Of a DNA stretch of 64,000 nt, positions 27,491-38,170 are shown one piece after another. Both the position numbers and the translations under genes were made by a program. How positions within the stretch are numbered: the stretch's first letter is position 1; each line of letters begins with the position of its first letter. This DNA comes from the human T2T-CHM13v2.0 reference genome, Homo sapiens. Location: the NCBI RefSeq assembly GCF_009914755.1, contig NC_060928.1; one strand, written 5' to 3'. The notes below the pieces were generated by a model, which was given only the letters and a program-made list of their open reading frames with translations, was not told where the DNA came from and ran no database searches.

Positions 27491-30400
27491 ATTCCTGGAC
27501 TACAGCCACATCTCATCGCTGCCCTTCTCCCCAACCCAAAGCCTCCTTTGTGTCTTCCTCTCATATCCCCCAACCTTAATCCACAAGTCTGGGACACCTC
27601 TACTCCCTCCCTGGCAACCGATCACATGCCTATTACTATCCCATTAAAACCTAATCACCCTTACCCGCTCAACACCAGTATCCCATCCCACATAGGCTTT
27701 AAGGGGACTAAAGCCTGTTATCATCTGCATGTTACAACATGGCCTCTTAAAGCCTACAAATTCTCTTTATAACTCCCCTATCCTACCCATCCAGAAACCA
27801 GACAAGTCTTACAGGTTGGTTCAGGATCTTTGCCTTATTAATCAAATCGTCCTTCCCATCCATCCTATAGTGCCAAACCTGTACACCCTCCTATCTTCAA
27901 TACCTCCTTCCGCAATTCACTATTCCATTCTTGATCTTAAAGATGCTTTTTTCACTATTCCCCTGCACCCCTCGTCCCATCCTCTCTTTGCTTTTACCTG
28001 GACTGACCCTGATATCCATCAGTCCCAGTAGCTTACCTGGGCTATACTGCCACAAGGCTTCAGGGACCGTCCTCATTAGTTCAGCCAAGCTCTTTCTCAT
28101 GATTTACTTTCTTTCCACCCCTCTGCTTCTCACCTTATTCAATATATTGATGACCTTCTACTTTGTAGCCCCTCCTTTGAATCTTCTCAACAAGACACCC
28201 TCCTGTTCCTTCAACATTTATTCTCCAAGGGATATCGTGTATCCCCCTCCAAAGCTCAAATTTCTTCCTCATCTGTTACCTACCTTGGCATAATTCTTCA
28301 TGAAAACACAAGTGCACTTCCTGCCAATTGTGTCCAGCTGATCTCTAAACCCCAACCCCTTCTACAAAACAACAACTCCTTTCCTTCCTGGGCATGGTTG
28401 GATACTTTCACATTTGGATACCTGGTTTTGCCATCCTAACAAAACCATTATATAAACTCACAATGGGAAACCTAGCTGACACCATAGATCCTAAATCCTT
28501 TCCCCACTCCTCTTTCTGTTCCTTAAAAACAGCTCTGGAGACTCCTCCCACACTAGCTCTCCCTGACTCATCCCAACCTTTTTCATTACACACAACCAAA
28601 GTGCAGGGCTGTGCAGTCGGAATTCTTACACAAGGATCGGGACCACGCCCTGTAGCCTTTTTGTCCAAACAACTTGACCTTACTGTTTTAGGCTGGCTCT
28701 CATGTCTGCATGCAGCAGCTGCTGCTGCTCTAATACTTTTAGAGGCCCTCAAAATCACAAACTATGCTCAACTCACTCTCTACAGTTCTCATAACTTTCA
28801 AAAACTATTTTCTTCCTCACATGTGACGCATATACTTTCTGCCCCCCAGCTCCTTCAGCTATACTCACTCTTTGTTGAGTCTCCTACAATTACCATTGTT
28901 CCTGGCCCGGACTTCAATCCAGCCTCCCACATTATTCCTGATACCACACCTGATCCCTATGACTGTATCTCTCTGATCCACCTGACATTCACTCCATTAC
29001 CCATATTTCCTTCTTTCCTGTTCCTCACCCTGATCACACTTGGTTTATTGATGGCAGTACCACCAGGCCTAATCACAATTCACCAGCAAAGGCAGGCTAT
29101 GCTATAGTATCTTCCACACCTATCATTGAGGCTACCACTCTGCCCCACTCCACTACCTCTCAGCAAACCAAACTCCTAGACTTAACTGAAGCCCTCACTC
29201 TTGCAAAATGACTGCATGTCAATATTTATACTGACTTTATATATGCCTTCCATATCCTGCACCACCATGCTGTTATATGGGCTGAAAGAGGTTTTCTCAC
29301 TACGCAAGGGTCCTCCATCATTAATGCCTCTTTAACGAAAACTCTTCACAAGCCTGCTTTACTTCCAAAGGAAGCTGGAGTCCTTCACTGCAAAGGCCAT
29401 CAAATGGCCTCAGACCCCATTGCTCAAGGCAACAATTATGCTGATAAGACAGCAAAAGAAGCAGCCAGTATTCCTACTTCTTTCACTCACGGCCGGTTTT
29501 TCTCTTTCTCATCAGTCATTCCTACTTACTCTCCCACTGAAGTTTCCACCTATCAATCCCTCCCCACTCAAGGCAAATGGTTCTTGGACCAAGGAAAATA
29601 TCTCCGTCCAGCCTCAGAGGCCCATTCTATTCTGTCATCCTTTCATAACCTCTTCCATGTAGGTTACAAGCCACTAGCCCATCTCTCAGAACCTCTCATT
29701 TCCTTTCCATCATGGAAATCTATCCTCGAGGAAATCACTTCTCAGTGTTCCATCTGCTATTCTACTACTCCTCAGGGATTGTTCAGGCCCCCTCCTTTCC
29801 CTACACATCAAGCTCAGGGGTTTGCCCCTGCCCAGGACTGGGAAATTGACTTTACTCCTGGGAAACTCCAGGAAACTTGGAGTTTCCTGCTCCAAGTCAG
29901 GAAACTAAAATACCTCTTGGTCTGGGTAGATACTTTCACTGGATAGGTAGAGGTCTTTCCTACAGCATCTGAGAAGACCACCATTGTCATTTTTTCCCTT
30001 CTATCAGACATAATTCCTCAGTTTGGCCTTCCCACCTCTATACAGTTCAATAATGGACTGGCCTTTATTAGTCAAATCACCCAAGCAATTTCTCAGGCTC
30101 TTGGTATTCAGTGGAACCTTCATACCCCTTAGCATCCTCAATCTTCAGGAAAGGTAGAACAGACTAATGGTCTTTTAAAGACACACCTCACCAAGCTCAG
30201 TGACCAACTTAAAAAGGACTGGACAGTACTTTTACCTCTTGCCCTTCTCAGAATTAGTCTGTCCTCGAGATGCTACAGGGTACAGTCCACTTGAACTTTT
30301 ATATGGACGCACTTTCTTGCTCAGCCCCAACCTCGTCCCAGACACCAGCTCTCTAGATGACTATCTTCCAGTCCTCCAGCAGATGAGACAGGAAATTCAC

Positions 30401-30725
30401 CAGGCTGCTAGTCTTCTCTTGCCTACTCCAGATTCTCAGCCATATGAAGACACCCTAGCTGAACGATCAGTTCTTGTTAAGAATCTGACCCCTCAAACTC
30501 TACAACCTCAATGGACCGGACCCTGCTTAGTCATCTATATACCCCAACTGCAGGCCTGCAGGACCCTCTCCATTCCTGTTCTAGTGATTGCCCCCCTCCA
30601 TATCACTGTTCCAGAATAAAGCTGTATCTGTCAGCCAGCCAGCCTGATCTCTCCTCTTCCTCCTGGAAGTCGCAAGTACTCACCCCTACTTCCCTTGAAC
30701 TCAGTTTCATTTCTGAAGAACAGTA
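27490..30725 (+). pseudogene. pol: HERV-H pol (RT, RNase H, integrase) with stops and frameshifts
   Basis: YNSPILPIQKPDKSYRLVQDL, LDLKDAFFTIPL, LPQGFRD, YIDD 28143-28154, WFIDGS, NIYTD, HCKGHQ, GNNYAD, CSIC, IDFT, WVDTFTG, WTGP. Confidence 0.95.
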
Positions 30726-31019
30726 ATAACACTTATGAGCCTAATACATCTCTTCATTCTATTACGTCTATTCATCCTTACCCTACTTTTTGCAACAGGG
30801 CTTTACATAGTCACCCCCACTACTTGGACCGCACCCTAAAAACTTGTCATCCCTACTATCTTCTGTCTAGTCATACTCCTATTCACCATTCCCAACTACT
30901 CATAAATGCCCTGCCCTTGTTTACACTGCCAGTTTACACTTTTTCTCTAAACCATCATAACTGATATCTCCTAGTTTTACCTCAAACTGCCATTCTTGAC
31001 TCCCTCTTGGAGTGGGTAG

Positions 31020-31700
31020 GTGATCTTTGCTGACAGGGCACCCTCCAATACTTTCACCCTGATGAAGTCCTATTCTTTACTTGTATACTCACTCTTATTC
31101 TCGTTCCCGTTCTTATGCCACCCTCTACCTCTCCCCAGCTATCTCCACCACACTATCAATCTCACTCACTCTCTCCTAGCTGTTTCTAATCCTTCTTTAA
31201 CAAACAATTGCTGGCTTTGCATTTCTCTTTCCTCCAAAACCACTGAGGCCTCAACTTACTGACTGCTAAAAAAAAAAAAAAGAGGACTCTGTATATTTTT
31301 AAATGAAGAATGTTGTTTTTACCTAAATCAATCTGGCCTGGTATAGAAAAACATAAAAAAAAAAAAAAACAAACTCAAGGATAGAGCCCCAAAACTCGCC
31401 AACCAAGCAAATAATTATGCTGAACACCCTTGGATACTCTCTAATTGGTTGTTCTGGGTCCTCCCAATTCTTAGTCCTATAATACCTGTTTTTCTCCTTC
31501 TTTTATTCAGACCTTGTATCTTCCATTTAGTTTCTCAATTCATACAAAACTGCATCCAGGCCATCACCAATCATTCTATATGACAAATGCTCCTTCTAAC
31601 AACCCCACAATATCACCCCTTACCGCAAAGTCTTTCTTCAGTTTAATCTCTCCCACTCAAGTTCCCACATTGCCCCTAATCCTACTTGAAGCAGCCCTGA
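31020..31700 (+). pseudogene. env: HERV-H env remnant with a large SU deletion
   Basis: CWLC at 31209-31220 lies next to the immunosuppressive domain LQNH*GLNLLTA (from 31232), then CIFLNEECC (CX6CC); A-runs break the frame. Confidence 0.85.
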
Positions 31701-31806
31701 GAAACATCACCCATTATCTCTCCATACCACCCCCAAAATTTTTTGCTGCCCCAGCACTTCACCACTATTTTGTTTTGTTTTTCTTACTAATATAAGAAGA
31801 CAGGAA

Positions 31807-32222
31807 TGTCAGGCCTCTCAGCCCAAGCTAAGCCATCATAACCCCTCTGACCTGCATGTATACATCCAGAGGGCCTGGAGCAACTGAAGAACCACAAAAG
31901 ATGATATTCCACCATTGTGATTTGTTCCTGCCCCACTCCAACTAATCAATCGACCTTGTAACATTCCTCCCCTGGACAATGAGTCTCATGATCCCCCCAT
32001 CCTGCACCTTGTGACCACCGCCCCTGCCTGCCCTGCAAGAGATAACCACGTTTAACTGTAATTTTCCACTACCTACCCAAATCCTATAAAACTGCCTCAC
32101 CTCTATCTCCCTTTGCTGACTCTCTTTATGGACTCAGCCCACTTGCACCCAAGTGAAATAAACAGCCTTGCTGCTCACACAAAGCCTGTTGGTGGACTCT
32201 CTTCACATGTACTTGCGTGACA
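31807..32222 (+). mobile_element. HERV-H 3' LTR
   Basis: Preceded by the PPT aagaagacaggaa; direct repeat of 24963-25371; AATAAA 32157-32162. Confidence 0.95.
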
Positions 32223-33402
32223 CTATGAAGATACCTGAAAATGTGGAGGCGACTTTAGAACTGGGTACTGGGCAGAAGTTGCAAGAGTTTGGAAGGCTCA
32301 CAAGAAGACAGGAAGATGAGGGAAAGTTTGGAACTTCAGAGACTGGTTAATGGTTGAGACCAAAATTCTGAAGGTGATAAAGACAATTGAGTCCAGGCTG
32401 CTGAGGTCTCATATGGAAATGAAGAAGTTTTTGGGAACTGAAGCAAAGGTCACTCTTGCCATGCCTTAGCAAAGAACTTGGCTGTATTGTGTCCATGACC
32501 TAGAGATCTGCAGAAATTTAAACTTGAGAGTGATGACCTAGGGGATCTGGTGGAAGAAATCTTTTAGTAGCAAAGTTTTCAAGAAGTTGACTGGTTGCTT
32601 CTAACAACCTATACTCAGATGTGGGAGCAAAGAAATGACTTAAAGTTGGAATTTATATTTAAACAGGAAATAGGGCATAAAATTTTGAAAAATTTGCAGC
32701 CTAGCCTTGTGGCAAAGAAAGAAAAAGCTTTTTCAGGAGAGGAATTCAAGCAGGCTGTGGAGCAACCACTTGTTAGAGATATTTGCATAACTAAAAGGGA
32801 GCCAAATGCTAATATCCAAGACTAACAAGGAAAAGGCCTTAGAGGCATTTCAGAGACCTTTGAGGCAGCCCCTCCCATCACAGGGAAGGCCCCCTCCCTC
32901 CTGAAGCCTAGGAGGATTAAACAGTTTCATGGGACATGCCCAAGGTTCTGCTGCCCTGCACAGCCTCAAGACACTGCTTCCTGCATCCCTGCTCCTCTTT
33001 GGGAGCCCCCTCCTCACACCAGTGTGCCCTGAATTGTGGGAGACAGAGTCAACGAAAATTACTTTGAAGCTTTGAGATTTAGTGATTGCCCTGCTGGGTG
33101 TTGAACTGGCTTGGGGCCTGCAGGTCCTTTTTTTTTTTTTTTTTTTTTTTTGGCCAATTTTCCCCTTTTAGAATGGGGATATATGTATATACCCCTATTG
33201 TATCTTGGAAGTAAATAACTTGTTTCTGATTTTAAAGGTTTGCAGGTGGAAGGGACTTGCCTTGTCTCAGATGGGACTTTGGACTTTTGAGTTACCACTG
33301 GAATGAGTTACCACTTGGTAACACTTGGAAGAGTGTTGTAAAGGCATGATTGTATTCTGCAGTGTGAGAAGGACATGACATTTGGGGAGGCCAGGGACAG
33401 AA
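32223..33402 (+). mobile_element. MST internal region (continues from 24932-24962)
   Basis: gaaaattggtacc...cattgc joins to ctatgaagatacctgaaaatgtggaggcgactttagaactggg; purine tract before the 3' LTR. Confidence 0.88.
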
Positions 33403-33803
33403 TGATATAGCTTGGATATTTGTCCCCACTCAAATCTCATGTTGAATTATAATCCCCAGTGTTGGAGGTGGGCTTGGTTGGAAGTGTTTTAGTCATGAGG
33501 GAAGATCTCTCATGGCTTAGTGCTATCTTTGCAATAGTGAGTGCCTTGCACGATCTGGTTGTTTGTGTGTGACACCTGCATCCCTTCTCTTGCTTACCTC
33601 TGCTTTCACTGTGTGATGTGCCTGTTCCTTTTTTACCTTCTCCCATGATTGAAACTTCTTGAGGCTTCACCAGAAGCCAAGCAGACGAAAGCACCATGCT
33701 TCCTATAAAACCTGAAACACCATGAGCCCATTAAGCCTCTTTTCTTTATAAATTACCCAGTTTCAGGTATTTCTTTATAGCAATGCAAGAATGGCCTAAC
33801 ACA
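33403..33803 (+). mobile_element. MST 3' LTR
   Basis: tgatatagcttggata...aatggcctaacaca followed by TSD gggaa. Confidence 0.9.
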
Positions 33804-33808
33804 GGGAA

Positions 33809-36797
33809 TTTTATGGTTTCATATGTTTTCATAAGATGGTTATTGTCTTTTCACTTCTAGATGTAAGATTCTCTTGAGCATTTCTTGTAAACCTGTTCTA
33901 GTGGTGATCAATTTCCTTAGTGTTTGCTTATCTGTGCAAGATTTTTATTTCTCTGAAGGATAGCTTTGCTGGATATAGCATTTTTGGCTGGCAGTTTCTT
34001 CTTTTAAGAAATTTGAACATACAATTTTATTCTTTTGGTTTCTGCCTAGAAATCCACTTTTAATCTAATGGAAATTCTCTTACATGTTACTTTATGCTTT
34101 TTCCTTGCTTTGTCTTTGACTTTTGACAATTTCACTATAACATGCCTCAGAGAGGACCTATCTAAATTGAATCTATTTGAGGTTCTTTAAGCTTACTGGA
34201 CCTGGATGTACGTCTCTCTCCCAAGATTTGGAAAGTTTTCTACTATTATTTCATTAAATGTGTTTTCCTCACCTTTTCCCTTCTCTTCTCCGTCTGGAAG
34301 GCCCATAATATGAATATTCGTTAGTTTAATGGTATTCCATAAATCCTATAGGCTTTCTTTATTATTTTTTATTCTCTTTTCCTTTTTCTTGCCGCTTGTA
34401 TTATTTCAAAAGAGCTGTTTTCAAGTTCAGAAATTTTTTTTTCCTGCCTGATCTAGTCTGTTGTTGAAGGTCATGACTGTATTTTTAAATTTCATTCATT
34501 GAATTTTTCAGCTCTAGGATTTCTGTTTGGTTCTATTTTATGATATCTAGCTCTTTGCTATATTTCTCATTCAAATCAGGAATTATTTTCCTTGTTTCAT
34601 TGAATTGTGTATCTGTATTCTCTTGTATCTCACTGAATTTCCTTAAGATTATTATTTTGAATTCTATTTCTGGTATTTCACATATTGTCTTATGATTGGG
34701 ATCTGTTACCTCCTTTGGAGGTAACATATGTACTTACTTTTTCATGGTTGATATGTTTCTACATTGATTCCTATTCATCTGGGGGAAAAGTCACCTCTTG
34801 TAATTTTATGGAATAGGCTTTGTAGGGACTTATTTATATGAATAGGTCTTGCGGTATTGGTCTGATGGGGTACATTGATCTTGGCTCTAGGTGGATGCAG
34901 TATATAGTCTCTGTGTAGTTTCTTCAGCCATAATCCACATTAGTGGTATTTGTGAGTTTCTCAGTGGCCTAGGCTGAGAGAATCTGTGGTGATGGTGGTG
35001 TAGCTTAGCCAAAGGCGGGCTTGTCTGGCTATTTCTCTAGCTGGGGTTGAGTCAGCTAGCTTGGGGTCTGTCTCTCTGGGATTGAGGCCATGGGCTATCT
35101 GGCCAGGAGCATGGACATACAGTTGCTTGGCCAGCTTGGAGTTATGCCTGCCAGGAGCAGTGTGCAGCACTGTTTCTCAGGCCCAGGACACTGCTTACAC
35201 TGCTCAGTTTTTCTAATGGTGTGTTTTCTAAGGGCAGAGCACATGGCTATTTTTCAGGTCTAAGATGTAATAAGATGGCTTCTCAGCTGGCTTGGATGCA
35301 AGTACACTGAGGGTGGCCCAGGGGACTGTTTCACCATCTTGGACATGGGCACACTGCTGCTCAGCCAGCCTGGGGGTGTGTCTGCTGGGGGCGGCCCATG
35401 GGGCTGCTTCTCAGGCTCAAGATGTGGGTACAAGACTGTTTGGCTGGCTTGGGGACATTTCTGTAGGTGGTAGTCCATGGAGCTGCTTTGTAGGCCTGGG
35501 ACACAGGTACAGGTCCACTTTTTCAGTCTGGTGGTGTGCCCACCAGAGGTGCTACCTACAGATTTGTTTCTCAGGCCTGTTTCTTGAGCCTGGGATGTGG
35601 GTACATAGCTTCTCAAGCTTGCTTGGGTGCATGTCTGCTAGGGGCAGCCTACATTTTTTTTCAGGTCTGGAATGCAGGTGTGAGGCTGTTCAGCCAGTTC
35701 AGAGGCATGCCCACGAGGGGCAGCCTGAAGGGCTGTTTCTCAGGCCCAATATGCAGGCACATGGCTGCTTGACTTGTCTGGGATATGTTCCGCAGGAGTG
35801 GCCCACAGGGCTGTTTTCAGGTCTGATACATGGGCTGTTGGCTGTTCAGCCAGCCTTGGACTATGCTTATCAGAGGCAGCTTATGGGATTGTTTTGCAGG
35901 CCCTTATGGGTGGAGGGACATTGGGAAGGCCAGGGGTGTCTGCAGAGGGGCAGGGTACTGTGGGGCTGTTTCTCAGGTCCTGAGCCCAGGTCCATAGCCT
36001 CTCTGTTGGCCCGGGGTTGTATCAGCTGCTTGGAAGCTCAGGGGCCTCTTCCATTTGGGGGCGATCTCAGTAGTTTGGCCAATTCAAGGGCAGATTTGAA
36101 CTGGGCAGAGCTGGAAGACTATTCCTCCATCTGAAAGTATGGAGGCAGGAATTGGTTTCTCTGCTGTGCAGGACTGAAGTCACAGCAGATACTGGGTTCA
36201 ACTCTGCAGAGCTAGGGGTGTGACATTTAGCCACTCATGTGGGCTTGGTGAAATAAAAATGGAGTCCCAGTGCTGAAGAGGTGCAGTGACTGCTGGTCCC
36301 CAGAGTAGGGAGGACTCAAGAGGTGGCTCTGGTCTCAAGATGGTGCTGTGCCATAACAGCTTGTCTCCCAGGGGGTGGGTGGGGAGTGCACAACTTGTGT
36401 TTCTAACCTGGGGCAATGAAGCTGCATGAATTCCTGGCATCTCTCCAAACTGGGCTCAGGGATTGTGAGGACTGTGGGATTCTCCTGTAGTAAGAACCTT
36501 AGGTGTTTGTGGTGGCAATAGGAGCTGGTGGGGATCTTCTCTTACCTTTCCCCTGCAACAGAAAGTCCCTCCTGTCTCTGAGCAGATTCAATCTAGGTTG
36601 GGGAGACAGGGCTGCAGAGGCTTGGCCCCTCCCTGCTGCTTTCCTGGACTTCCAGTCACCACAGTTGCATCTTCACTTTCCTGTTGCACTCTAGCACTCT
36701 CGTTTCAAATATTAGCTGTTTGTTCTGTGCCTTGGTTCTTTCTTGTAAGAAGGGCAAATTCCAGGCATCTCTAGTCAGCCATCTTGCTGATGCCACT
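33809..36797 (-). mobile_element. Same L1MA: ORF1 remnant and complete 5'UTR
   Basis: ORF 34533..34727 (EIEFKIIILRKFSEIQENTD..FNETRK) is ORF1-like; the 5' tip reads caagatggctgactagag on minus (YY1-type L1 start). Confidence 0.85.
35025..36030. repeat. Degenerate ~78-bp tandem monomer array in the L1 5'UTR
   Basis: ctgtttctcaggcc-like anchors at ~35170, 35247, 35326, 35404, 35483, 35564/35578, 35654, 35733, 35811, 35889 and 35966. Confidence 0.85.
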
Positions 36798-36820
36798 GCA
36801 AAAGAAAAAAAAAAAAAACA

Positions 36821-36915
36821 AATATTATTTATCTTGATTACTGAGCTTTCTGGATCCCCTTAAATTTGGTTTCTGTGGTGAGTGCCTCATTGACCTTACC
36901 CTAGTCCTGGCCCTG
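36821..36915 (-). mobile_element. Outer right arm and terminus of the hAT MITE
   Basis: aatattatttatcttgattactgag...ccctagtcctggccctg (terminal CAGGGCC on minus). Confidence 0.75.
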
Positions 36916-37440
36916 ATTCTCAGCCCCCATCTTTGGGACCCTTAGGTGCCAGACAAAAGTGGTAATGGCATTAAGGGCAAGGCCCTTAATATAGGCTATA
37001 TGCCACATTATTTAGTAGCCTCTATAATGTGGAGATCAGTTAGCTTTATCTGTACAAAACTGCAAATGAGTGGAATCTATGAGCAGGGCAAACATCTAGC
37101 AGTTGGGTCCATAAAAAGAAAAGGAGGGAAGGTGATACCTTCCAAGTGGGAGATGGGAGGAGCATTGAGCAGTACACTTAGGGTCAAACTGCCACCTCCT
37201 TTATTCTCATGGGCTGGAGAGCTCTGGGCAATTTGGTTACACTAGGAAGTTACTTCCAGCCTCAGTTCAGCTAGGAGGCTTTGGATGAAATTCTCTCTGG
37301 GCCTTGATTTTCTTTTATGTAAAATTAGAAGATTTTTGATTAGCCATTTCTGTTCTTTGTCACAATACTAAATATGTGTGACTTGATTTTGTTTTTCCAA
37401 TGGTGATTTTCTAAAAATCAGCTCTTAAAAATACAGTGTC

Positions 37441-37809
<369 letters not shown>

Positions 37810-38009
37810 CTACTTCTCAGAGATAACTGATGTTGATATTTTGGTGTATCTAGTCCACACACACATTGTATATAAAACGTACACTACTTTTGGTAACCTT
37901 TACAGATTTGGAGGAGAGTGGCTAGAAAGGTGGTAGTGAAAGAAATCTTAATTTGTTTAGAGTCTCCTCTGGAAAAGCTCTGGATTAAAGTTTAATTTTC
38001 ACAACTGGT

Positions 38010-38170
38010 GAGGTATTCATTTTTATTTCCATTTTACAAATGAGAAAACTGAGATTCAGAAAAGTTGAGTGGCCTTCCCTAGGTCCCTAGTGAATAAATA
38101 AGCAAGGCAGGGTAACAGCTCAAGGCTATCTGTAGGAAATGCCTAGATTATCTGCAGCCCACCCCACTGT
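38010..38170 (-). mobile_element. MIR
   Basis: ccattttacaaatgagaaaactgagattcaga core. Confidence 0.7.

Noticed and set aside
28394-29107. 237-aa ORF as a functional enzyme
   Set aside because: Fragment of disrupted HERV-H pol, separated from YIDD and from RNase H by frameshifts
31020-31700. Syncytin-like captured env
   Set aside because: SU mostly deleted, stop codon in the immunosuppressive domain, A-run frameshifts
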